A DNA stretch of 64,000 nt from Raillietiella orientalis (Eukaryota), in contig JAYWIR010000043.1 of assembly GCA_036172245.1 (NCBI GenBank), forward strand, positions 806,001-870,000, given 5' to 3'. The translations under genes were made by a program, and so were the position numbers. Shown here piece after piece: positions 47,401 through 58,660 of the stretch. Position 1 is the stretch's first letter; the number at the start of each line of letters is the position of its first letter. The notes below the pieces were generated by a model, which did no database searches, had not been told where the DNA came from, and saw only the letters and a list, made by a program, of their open reading frames with translations.

Positions 47401-48899
47401 GGGAGAGCGGGTGGCTAGGAGAAAGAGGGGAAGGAAGGGCGTTGGAATTTTTCCTTCCCCCCACCCCGCCCCCGCTTCTGCTTCCCTCTTCGAAAATCTC
47501 TTGCTGCTCACCTCGCTTGGCTCCCTAGTGCTGGGTAATGCCCCCACCGTGGACTCGCCAGTCGGATGCAAGCGCATGGCTCGGGGGAAATAGGAGGAAG
47601 GGAGGAGAAAGAAAGTCAGCTCTCGAGGCGACCGGGAAACGAGGCGTCCACCAGCGGAAGCAGCGTATGGAGGGAACTCGTCCAGAGAGGTCTCTTGGGA
47701 TGAGCGACCTCCCCCCCCCTTTCCACCTCCTCTTCTCCGCGGAGAGGGACCTCGCTCCCTTTGCAGGGCGGCCCTTCTGTAGCCGCGGGCGAGAAGTCTG
47801 AGGGCCGAGTTACCAGTTCCCCCCTCTACCGCCCCGAATTCCGGAAGTCTCGCGCTCCCGGGCGCTTCGCCTCCGCTCCCGTCCCGCGTCCGCACCGCGG
47901 AGTCGGAGGAGCAGAGGGGACGGGGGAGGGCAGTGCCCCTCGCTGCTGCTCCCGGGTAAGGGGGTGCTGATGACCCCAGGGGTTCGTTGCGGGTGGGGAG
48001 GGGAGTGACCCCGGAGGAATTCGCCTTCTGGTCGCCTCTGACCCTCCGCCGGAAAGGGGGGAGGACGCTGTTTCCGGTGGGAGGGGGGGGGGAGACGAGA
48101 GCGCACTGCGTCTCTTCTTCCGGATGTCGCCGTCGCCGATGGGCTCGGGGGCAGAGGCGAGCTTTTGACCTCAGAGAAAAAGGCACAGGGACCCATTCCG
48201 TGGTGCCCTCGGCTCTCCCGAGGATCCCATGTCATCGACGGGGGGAGGTGACAGTCATGCTGGGGTGCCTCCACAGGTTCTCAGGACCCTCCTGTTGGGT
48301 CAGGGAGGCTGGGATGGAGGAGGCGAGGAGGGTGAAGGAAAGATGGAGGGGAAGGGGGACCCATCCAGCAGCTCTCGGCTGGGGATTCTCGTGGGAGGCG
48401 GGAATTCGTCGCCTCTCCGGAAGGGAACGCGCTCTCCCGCGTGCCTGAAAAGAAGCGGCTCATGGAGGGGAGCCTTCGGGAACCATGGAGGCCGCCATGG
48501 AGTCGGCGCTCAGAGTCGGCCCCCTTCTTCTTTACCCTCCTCCCTTCCTCGCTCGGAAGGAAATCCCGTCTGCGTGAGACCCTGGCAGCGGTGTCAGTCG
48601 AAAGGATCGTCAGCTGGAGATCGCGAAGAAGGTCACGAATCCTTCCCCCTCCCTTCCCCCCGTCCCTATTTTTTCTTGCTCTCAGGCGCTCCCTCCCGTA
48701 TCCTCGTCTCTAGCCTCCTCGGACCTTCCTCACGAGCTCCTTGAGATTTATTCTTCCCCAGCGGGAAAAAAAAGAAGCGGGGAGGGGCGGAAAGGTGGAC
48801 CGCGGAGGAGACACGGGAAGGCGAGAAGGCAAATGGACCTGCCCCTGATATCCCACCTTTTTCTTTGTTTCCTCTCTAGGAGACGAAAAGAAGAAAAAG

Positions 48900-50950
48900 G
48901 TGGGATTTTAGAACACCAGTTCCCTGGAGGAAAGGTGAGCCCGGTCCCTCGCGGTGCTCCTCACCCTATCTTTCCGCCTCCCACGCTTTGCAGCCAACAG
49001 GTAGTTCTTCACTCTTCCATCTTCCTTCCTCCTTCGCCTCTGCAACTTCCCCCACAGAACCTGGATCTTCCTTGCCCTCTGAAATTATCACGGGATGAGG
49101 GCCAGGCTCAGGGCGGTGCTCTCTGCTTCGAGGGTCGGGTGGGTCGAGGGACAGCTACTCAGCCTCCCAACCCAGCAGTCCGCGAGCCCCGGCGTTCCCT
49201 CCTTCGCCGCTGGCCGCGGCCTGTCTTCCGGGGGCAGGCGGGGCTGGAGAGGTATACGACCCATGAGGGGCAGGGCAAGAGGCTCGCGATCGAGGTGCGA
49301 ATGCTGGAAAGCCGCGATCTTGCCTTCCCGCTCGGAAAGCGGAAGGTGGTAGGGGGGGATGGTTTCCAGGATCTCGCGTGGCGCCTCGCTTTCCTCCTCC
49401 ATCCATCCATTTCCTTCCACTTCCCTCCTTCGGAAGGAATCCAACATCCTTCCATCGTCCCCCCTTACGGGAGGCGGGGCGCGCGGACAGCCGCTACCGC
49501 CGCCTCAGGAAGGGCTGAAGGAAGCGCCCGCGGCGGCGGAACGGAGAAACGCGACCGCGTGCGTCGCGGGCAGCCAAGGAGACGAACGATGCGGGCACGG
49601 CGGAGGAAAGAGGGGGAAGGGGGTAGGTGCGTCTGCGTACCGTCCGTTTTCCAGAGTGCTGTGGGGACGTCTCTGCGTCCATCCTACCCACCCCCACCTT
49701 TTCTCCACTGACGCCTCTGTAGCCATGGAAACGGGAGAGGCGAGGAAGTTCTCCGTTCATCGCCGTGGGCCCCCGCGACTGGGGTACGGACAAGAAGGGG
49801 GTAGTTCTCTCCAGGGTGAGCGATTAGCAGTGAAATCCTCCGTCATTCCACTCCCTCGTCCTTCGGGAGGGGAAGGATTCCCTCGTCTGAGACGAGACCA
49901 GCAACATTTCGTGCCCGACGCTGTTGCCTAGCAGAGCGATGCTGCCGCTGTCTGCAGCCTCCCCCCCTCCCTTCCCTCTCCTTCGAGGGGCGCAGGGTCC
50001 CCTTCAGCAGTGGCTTCCTTCGGGAGACAAAACGGACGTCTCCTGGACACGTGGCTGCCAGAGGCTACCTGGGAAACGGGGGAAGGGACTGTATCGCGCG
50101 CTGCTCGAGGAAACCGAAATGGTTGCCGGGGAAACCGCTCCTGATCCTCCCGATCCCGAGAAGAGGGATAATCGCGGGTGTCGGTGTTCCGACGCCTCTG
50201 TTCCCTGGACGACCTGACGGGGACGCTCGCGGACTCTTCACCTGTGGCTCCCCTGTCTCTTCTCCACCAAGCTTTCCCTTCCTCAGCGCTAGGGATGGTG
50301 ATCCCCTCTGAGGTGATCTCCCTGGATGCAGCAGCAGCGCTCGCAGAGACCTTGCCGAGTGGCACCCTGGATCCCACCCTCAGTGGGACTTTTCAAAAGG
50401 CTGGATGCTTCAGGGGTGCTCGAGGACCCCTTTTTCGAAACCCTGCTGAACCTGAGAACGCTATCCGGAGCAGCGGTCGCTCCACCTTACAGAAAAGAGG
50501 GTGCCGTGCATCGCGTAAACCCATCTCCCCGAAGTCTTCCGTTCCCAGAGGTCTTCCCGAGATGGACCAACCCGCAATCCCCCCTCTTCCCCGTGTCGCA
50601 ACTCTCCTCATTCTCAGTGAGGGTCTGGAGGGGTCCTCAATGGTTTCCGCAGGTAGCTGTGTGCTTTCCCTTCCCGTTCCCAAGGACAGCATATGCGCCG
50701 ACCGCTGGATGTGGACCGGAGAAACGCCGGTCGGGAAGCGACCCACCCCCCTACAGAAGCTTGCTGGAGCGCTTCGGGCGATCCATCCGTATCGGATGAC
50801 CGGCCGATGGAGAGTTTGTTCTTTCCCTGAGCCCTGCCTCCAGGAGGTGGCAGCGAGGAATCTCCCCGACCCTGTAAACGCGGACCCGCGAACCCCCGCG
50901 CGAGCAGCCTCCCTCGGGATCCTGGAATCTTCTCTCCTCCTCCTTTTCCC
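48900..50950 (-). mobile_element. Possible decayed LINE ORF2 fragment (APE endonuclease to start of RT)
   Basis: Minus strand RRVATRGRGGIAG (R...GGVA), ITSEGITIP...WWRRDRGATGEE (II.GDFN...WG...N..G) and AKEGTPGLAD (K.PG.DG) occur in the expected order. Confidence 0.35.
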
Positions 50951-52999
50951 CTTTCCCAGAAGAGCGGGTGTGCGCGGTCGCCGGCGGGTCGAGGAAGCTG
51001 GGGGCTCCGCGGGGTGGGGGAGCTCCCTCAGCTGGCGACCGGAAGCAGCGGCGGTCGCCCCCGAGTTGCTGCCCTCCTTCTCGCGCTTCCGGGGGAACGG
51101 CGCACTAGCTTTGCGGTCCTGTTGCGGAAGCCGCTCGGCGAGCATCAGAGGGATCTCTCCTGGAAAGGTTGCAAAAGGCGGAGGAGCGCCACGGGGAGAC
51201 CTGGCGGGGGAGGAGGGACGACCTCCGACTTCCGCCCCGTCCTTCTCTCGAAGTGGAGCGCGTCATCCGCAATAGCCAACCCCACAAGGTGAGGAGGCGG
51301 CCAGCGGAATAGGGGGCGGGAGAGTCAGTACCGACCAGGTTTACTTGGGGATGGGGTTGGGTTGACCTGACCCCCGTCTTCCTCCAGGGATGGATGGACG
51401 AGTGAGAGTGGCGCAGACCGAAGGCCCTTTCTCCAAGAGAGGAAGTGCCGCGGCCCGTCGCTGCCGAGCCGAGACTCCAGGTCGCTCCCCGAAACGCCTC
51501 CTATGCCGCGGGGGATTGGGTCCAGAGGAACGCGAGCGACGCACGCCCACCTTCGAACGCCCTCGACTTCCGTGGATTGCAGAGAGAGAGAGAGGGAGAA
51601 GAAGAAGAGCGAGAACGGATTTGAGGTCCCACAGCTCTTGTGCTTCCTGGTCAGTGGCCTCGCTGCTCTGCCGCTTCCGCAGCCTTCTTCTCATCCTCTC
51701 TGGACCGGATTCCCCCTTCGGAGCCGGGACTTTGTGCTCCTTCTCCTCCTCTTCTTCACGTTCACCTTCTTCCACCACCACTCTTCCCCTTCCTCCTGCA
51801 GAGCCGCTCTTGGTCTGCCACGATCTGGTTCATTCCTCGGAGCCAAGAATCATTGCTCCTCCTCCTATTGCCATCGCGTTCCCATCCGCCAAGCTTCCGT
51901 CTGCTCTCCCTTTCGTTTCCCCGTTGGACCCGCGTCCGCATCCTTCCGGCTGAGCGGAAACGCACTCCCCATATGCAGGGGTGGAAGCAAGTGGAGTCGA
52001 TGCAGGGTGGGCGCTGAGCCTCCCCCCTTCTCCTTCCTCCGCCCGCCTCCCTTCGCTCTGCTTCGCATTGGATGCTCCGCCGCCGCCGCCGCCGCCACGG
52101 CTCGGCGCCGGCACCTCGACGAAACCGGACGCAGCCGCAGCCGCTGCCCCGGGCGCTGCGGAAGCGATTGCCACGGAGACGGCTTCGAGATGATGAGGAG
52201 AGGACAGCACGGCGGAGTTCTACGGGAGGGAGCCCACGCCGAAGCAGCCTCGTCCCCGCGGCGCAAGCGCCATGGCAACGGGGCGCTGGATGGGATGATT
52301 GCGAGAGTGATAAGTGTAATGCGTCTCGGAGCGAGAAAGGAAACAACAGGTCTGATAAAATGCAATCCCGGAATACTCCTGGGATCCCGGATATCGCGAC
52401 GGCAGGAACGTCGTCGTCGTTATCGCGGCCTTCCACCCGTCCTTTCGCGCGCGCGCATGCGTGCCCGCAGGGCCGCGGAGACGGTCGGGAGGAAAGGGGT
52501 CGCCTTCATTGGTCCTCGGAAAATCCGTCTTCTGAATAAGCTTGTGAGGCCGGCAATGCGAAGTTGGGAGGGAGGAATGGGGAAAATGGGGAGGAGTAGG
52601 ATGGCGGGAGGGGAGGGGACGGAACTGATCCGAAAGGTAGGAGGGTTCGTGTCCCCAGGATCTGCCTGGATCCTTCTCAGGCTTCTCCGCGGCACACTGA
52701 GGAGGAAGACACTCGGAGGCAAGGGGAAGAGGGACGAAAAGGGAGTTGCCTGTGTCAGAGCGCCACCCGCTCACGTGACCTCACCCCGCGCCCTCGCAGC
52801 CTCATCGCGCCGCTGCGAGGGCAGCCTGTTCTCCTCCTTCCTTCCTTCCTCCACTCCCCCTCTCCTCCTCCTCCTCCTCCTCCGCGGCTTCCTTCCTCCT
52901 TCCTTCCGGCCCGTTCCTCCTCCCTCTCCTTCCCTCTGGCGCTCTCCGCGGAACGGTCCTGCTCGGGTCGCCCGACGCCTGGGTCAGAGCGCGCGCGCG

Positions 53000-53210
53000 C
53001 CCTTATCGCTATCAGCACCGCCCGCAGATAGCGGAGGCGGAACCGCCGCGGCGGATTAATTAAATCTTAATTGATCCGGAGGCACCGGGCCCACCCCGGT
53101 GTTATCGGCAGTCTCGTGACGTCAGGACCGCCCGCCGGGGAGGGAAGATGAGAGCGGGCGCACTGGGCTTCCGCGGGAGAGGGGATCGCCGGCGCCGATA
53201 AGATACGGGG
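53000..53210. promoter_or_regulatory. Enhancer-like motif cluster (GATA, homeodomain, full CRE)
   Basis: CTTATC 53002, CTATCA 53009, AGATAG 53026, GTTATC 53101, CGATAAGATA 53196; GGATTAATTAAATCTTAATTGA 53053-53074; TGACGTCA 53117-53124. Confidence 0.4.
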
Positions 53211-54878
53211 AGACCCCGCGCTAGCGACCGGGTAGATGGAAGCGCATCCTAGCGGCGGCGCCGGCGACGAGGACCGAGGAGGAGGAGGAGGGAAAGCCAG
53301 CCGGTGGAGTAAGGGAGAAGGAGGAGGAGAGGGGAGTGCGCGGGAGCGCACCCCAGCGTCAGGGCGATCCGAACGCGTTTCGCTCGCAGCAGCGGCGGCG
53401 CCGGCGGCCGCCTCCGGGAACGCCTCCGGGAGAGGGGGGGGGGGGCGGAGGAAGAGGAACCGCGATAAAAAAGCCAGTCCTCGGCCTGCCGATGATTGGC
53501 GCCTCCGCGCACGTACGCGGGGGTTCCTGTTTCCTCCTCCGCGCATCTCGATGACCGTCCTCTCTTCTTTGCTCCCCGGCGCCTGCCGGCAGCCTCCGCC
53601 GGGAAGCTAGGAGGAGAGGGCGGGAAGGGAGAAGGAAGAAGGGGGGCGAGCGAGAAAGGAAGGAGACGAGGAAGGAAGGAAGGGAAGAGGGGAAGGCACG
53701 TCCATCCGTGCCGAGGAGGCGCGAAGCCGATAAAGAAGGACGGCGCGTGCCGCCGATGCGACCCGATAAACGGACGGACGGACGGACGGACGGACGGACA
53801 CGCCGACAAGGGCGGAGTTGGGATGGCGACTTGCCGCTGATGCGGATGCTCCCTCCCGGACCAAAGGCCGCATCGGTGTGTGTCCACCCCAGCCCCAGGG
53901 AGGAGCAGTGGGCTCTCCCTGGGGCGCGCGCGAAGGAGGGGCGCAGAGGGAACAGGGCGACCGCCCCTCGAGAGCGAGCCGCGCTGCAGAGATATGGCGG
54001 ATGCTGCGTGTCCCGGATGGACCCCTCTCTCTCTCCCTCGCACTCGTGCCTCTTCCTGCCGCCACCGTCGCTCGAGACCGCCTTCCGGCCCGGCGGCCGC
54101 GGCCTCTCTCCCCCCCATTCTCCCGTCCTCCCTTCCCGTTTCTCCCAGGTCGCGAAGCAGCAGCATCAGCTCGGCGAGGAACGAGGGTCCGCAGTCCCCG
54201 GAAAGACCACCTCTGTGACCACCGCCGTGGGCAGAGGGAATGGGCAAAGCAGGAAATGAGAGAGGCTCGGAGGGTCGCTCCGCTCTCTGCGTGTCCGTCT
54301 CCCAGCCCGCACTCTTCCAGGTCGCATGCGGGAGGGGGAGGAACGCGTCCCTTCCTCCCTCTCCTCTGCCCGACCCGTCCTCGCGGGAGAAGCTCCCCCC
54401 TCAGGGAGAGTAGGGTGGGCAGCCTGTCCAGCGCGTCCCACGTCTCCCTTCCTCACCCTCGAGCCCTCCTTTCGGCGATCCCCGGCAGAGAGCGTTTCCA
54501 CGCGCCTCCCCGCCCGCCCCAGCAGGCGAGATCAGGCTCCTCGATCGAGCCCTTCCTGCATGCACCCTTTCGGAACCGAGTTCGGGAGCACCACCGCTGA
54601 GGCCCCACGGACCCCAGAGGCCCGCGCGATGCCGCCTGCGGCTATTCGGATCCCCCTGTGTATCTCGAGTGCCTGAGCAAAGGCCCTGGAGGGTAAACAT
54701 GCCCGTGGGTCGGAGATCCGAGGGTCGCTGAGTAATCTCCTTGCCTGAAGAGGTCCTTCGAAAGGACTCCTCTGCCCTTGAAGGGCGCGCGAGATGCTTA
54801 TCTCGGCACCAGGATTGTTCGCGCGCGCGCGTCGCCAAGTTACGCGCGTCAGGAGGGGGAAGGGACTCCGCTGCCAGA

Positions 54879-54910
<32 letters not shown>

Positions 54911-57005
54911 GCCGCCTCCTCCCTTCCTTCTCCTCCGGCTCTTCGTCGGGATAATCGTGCACCCCTCCTCCTCCCTCCCCCGCCTCAGTCGTCATCAACC
55001 GTTCCTCTTCCTCCTCTTCTTCCTGGTTCAAAGACAGAAGAAGAATCCAAAGCGGCGGAGCGGTCTGCCGCCAAGAGATGGCGCCGCAGGCGCTCGGTGG
55101 GCGCGCGTACATCCTCCTGGCTTCCTCCGTTTCCCACGACGACGGGGAGGCGGAGAGAGAGAGAGAGAGATGGGCTCGCACGCTTGCAGTTCCCGCGAAC
55201 GGCACGCTCACTACTCGAACCCTGCGGGCTAAAAAGAAGGGGACCGGATGGGGGGGGGGGGGGGGGGAAGGAGAGAGGGGAAGGACGCGTGCGCGCCTTT
55301 CCCTGGAGGGAGTCCGCAGCCTTCCAGTGCACTCCGGGCAGCACTCGGGGGAGGAGAGGGTGTCGGATGCCGCTGCTTCGTTCCCCTCCCCTTCCCTCCC
55401 CCTCCTCCTCCACCCACACCAGTGCGCGCTTTCCCTTTGAATTCCCGGATCGACGACACCCACCTGTCCGCCCGGCCACCTGCCTGCCTGTCTGACGGCG
55501 GGGGAAAGGAGACGGCGGCGCCGGTCGTCCCATCTTCCCGCTGCCGAGGCCGGGAGAGCTCTTCGCCGCCCTCACAGGGAACCGGCGAAAGCGGGACTTT
55601 TCCTGAGGCGAGAGGTACCCCTCCTTTCCCTACTCTCCTTCCGTCTCCCATTTCCCTTCCCTCCCTTCCTCTCATCGGATCGAACCCGAATCTTCCGGCG
55701 ATGCAGCCAGCTGTTATCAGCGTGATCAGAGGAGGACGGGTGAGGAGGAGAGAAGGGGGGGAGTTCTTATCTCAGCGCCGGCGGAAAGCGCCTGCGGGGC
55801 TGCTCCTGCTGCGCCCGAGACTGGAAGACTCTGAACTGCGGCCGCTTACGAGGGGCTGCTGAATCTCTCGAGGGGACGGAGGGTGGGGTAGGGTAGGGGG
55901 AGCGGGACCGGGAAGAGGCATCGGGCCAGGGAGGTGCGGCGGCGGAAGTGGCAAAGGTGGCTGTGAGGGCGGGTGGGGTGTCTCCAGGCACGTCGCTCCA
56001 CGCCTACCAGGCGGCAGCCATTCCTCCGAACGAAGGCACGTGAAGACCTCCTGCATTTCTCTCGGCTCCTGAGAGACCACCGTCTCCGGCTGCTGCCTCC
56101 TGGTAGGGCTCCGGGTGGAGGGTGCTCCGGGCTGGGAGCGAAGGAGCTTTTCCGCCCGGCTCGGTAAGCTTCCTCCCTCTCCCTCCACCCCATTCCGTCC
56201 CTCCTCCTTCGCCTGGAGACGGCGGGACGATCCCAAAGAAGGAAGCATTGCTGACCTTCCTTCTCCCGTTGTTCCCCTGCTTGGCGAATGGAAAGGGGAA
56301 GATGAAGAGGTCCGCTGCATCCGAGGAGGAAACCCGGAACCACTTCCGCCTCCGCACTTCCGAAAGGGAGAGTTCAGGAGGGAAGGGCGGAAGCCTCTCG
56401 CCCTCGGCGGCGTCCGGAGCTCCTTCGAAACCTTGGCATCCCGGCAGGGCCCCCACCCGTCCCCAGGGTGCTCCTCTTCCACCCCTTTCAGACTCCTCCT
56501 CCTCCCTCCCGCGTCCTCCTCTTCCCTTCATCCGCGCCGCTCGGGGCGGTATCTCCCGGATCCCTCCTTCCCGCGCGTCAGCAGCAATGCGTCATTATCT
56601 CTTCGCCTGCCAGCCTTCGCGCATCTTTCGGCGACGCGCAGAACGTTCTTCGCCGCGCCGTTATCTCACGCGGACGAGAGCGCGCCCAGTTCCTGGTGAA
56701 CGTCTCTTCCTCGGGCGTCCAGGACTTCTCGCGCCGTTCCCCTGGGAGCACTTCCGAAAGCGAAGGCCGTTTGTCGCCTCTGCATGCCTCCTTCGCGCCC
56801 GCGGCCCCTTCCTCCTCCTTCAGAGGCCCTTCCTTCCCCTTTCTCTCTTGCTTCCTTCCCTCTGGTAGCTTTACAGAGGGATTCACTGGAGGGAGAAGAA
56901 CAGGAGTCCCGTTTTCCTCTTTCTCCCTTCTTCCGTCCCCGAGAAGCCAGAGGATGGCGCTCTTCCCCTCCGTGCTTCGCCATCTACCACCACCCGCTGC
57001 TGTTC

Positions 57006-58660
57006 CGGCATCTTCTGCCCAGCTCCTCGGCCGCCAAAGCGACCGCTCCCCTTGCATCCCCAGGTCGGACGAGGAGGAGGAGGAGGAGGAAGATCGCGAG
57101 GCAGTTCGTTCGTCGCCCCGGATGAGACCAAGCTGACTTTCGACATCTTCGGGACGGTGCGTGCTTGTTATGAGGGAGGGGGAAGTCTCGGCAAATCCGA
57201 ATGGGGATAAAAGGGGACTCCGAGCCCCAGGGTCTCCTTCCTCTTGTTGTACGAGAACATGGGATTGGAGCAAGAGCCTCCGGTGCTCCCTTGGAGCCGC
57301 CTATCCCCTCTGAGATCCCTTCAGGGGAGATGTCCTCACATGCCCTTCTTGGATCCACCCTCTCGAGGAGAGAGAGGGATGACGTATCCCGACGCCGACA
57401 CCTCCTTTCCGCGCGAGAATGGGTGGGGCAGGGAGCAGCTTGGGGTCTTCACCCCAGCTCAGGAGGGATACTCTGCCAGAGCGGCCTTCTTTCTATTGGT
57501 CTGTCTGGTGGGGAGGGGGTAGGGAACCTCCTGTTCTTTGGGTACTTCGCGTGGCGGCACATGAGGCCTTTGGGGCCGTCTTCCTGCCATCCCATGACGA
57601 CGCCTTCTCCGTTTTCCGGAGAATCGAGAGGAGGTTCGTGACTACCTTTCCCCTCCCTTCCTCTTTGCTCCTTCATCTCTTTTCCCTCCGCAAGAGGGAC
57701 GGCAGGTTTCCCAACGCGCTTCCTTGCACCGTCACTCCGTGCACGCCTTCCGTCCCGCGGTGCGCATGAGAATGTGTTGGTTCCACTTGCGGCACGCGAG
57801 GTCCACATCCCGCAGGAGGATGTGGATTCTGGGCCAGGGAGTGGGAAAGGAATGCGTGTGTGGGCGGAGGGATTGGTTGTCAGTCAGCAGGAAGCTTCCC
57901 GGAGAATCACTGATCCAAGACATGGCGCCTTCCGAGCCGGCGTTCCCTCCTCCTCCAGCGTTCCCCACGCCAGGAACCACCTCCAAGGAAGACGCACCTC
58001 TTCGGATGCAAATGCACCGTCACACACGTCGTCTGAGCATGCGGGCGCGCACTCACTGTGAACGCGAGCGATCACGGGGAAAGGCGCGCGCGGACACGAA
58101 GGCTGCGAACTCCATGCCCGGGCAGCGGGCTGCTGCCTCGGCACCGTACAACCACGTGGCACCTCGGCGACTACCTCGGCAACTCCACCCTGTTCCTTGC
58201 CTCCTTCTCTTCCCCTCGCCGTCGCTGCTCCACCGCGACTGCCGGGATGCACCCTTCCCCCCCTACCCCCTTCTGCCCTCTCGGGTTTCCCGCAGCTTCC
58301 CGCTGCTACAGACCGATCTCGCCCTCCCCTTGCTCATCCTCCGGCTCGGAAGGCCTTCGTCGCCGCTGCTTGTTCCGAGAGAGGGCGAAAATTCGAGATC
58401 TCTGATCACTCGTGCTTGAAAGACACGTACGGTCCAGTTACGGATGGAGCGAAGCACGGATTCCTCGGCAGTATCCAAGGAGATGAGTAAGTGTTTGCGA
58501 GAGACGTCATCAGGGCGGCTCAAAGCGCCTGAATGCTTGGCTGCCTGGAATCCAAAAGATGGAAAGGAAAAGGGGGGGGGGGACACCATCAACGAAACGA
58601 CCTGCGGCATCTTCTGCCCAGCTCCTCGGCAGCCGGAGCGATCGCTCCCCTTGCATCCCC
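57006..58660 (+). repeat. 56-bp direct repeat pair (57006-57061 and 58605-58660), 4 mismatches
   Basis: CGGCATCTTCTGCCCAGCTCCTCGGC[C/A]GCC[AA/GG]AGCGA[C/T]CGCTCCCCTTGCATCCCC. Confidence 0.9.
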
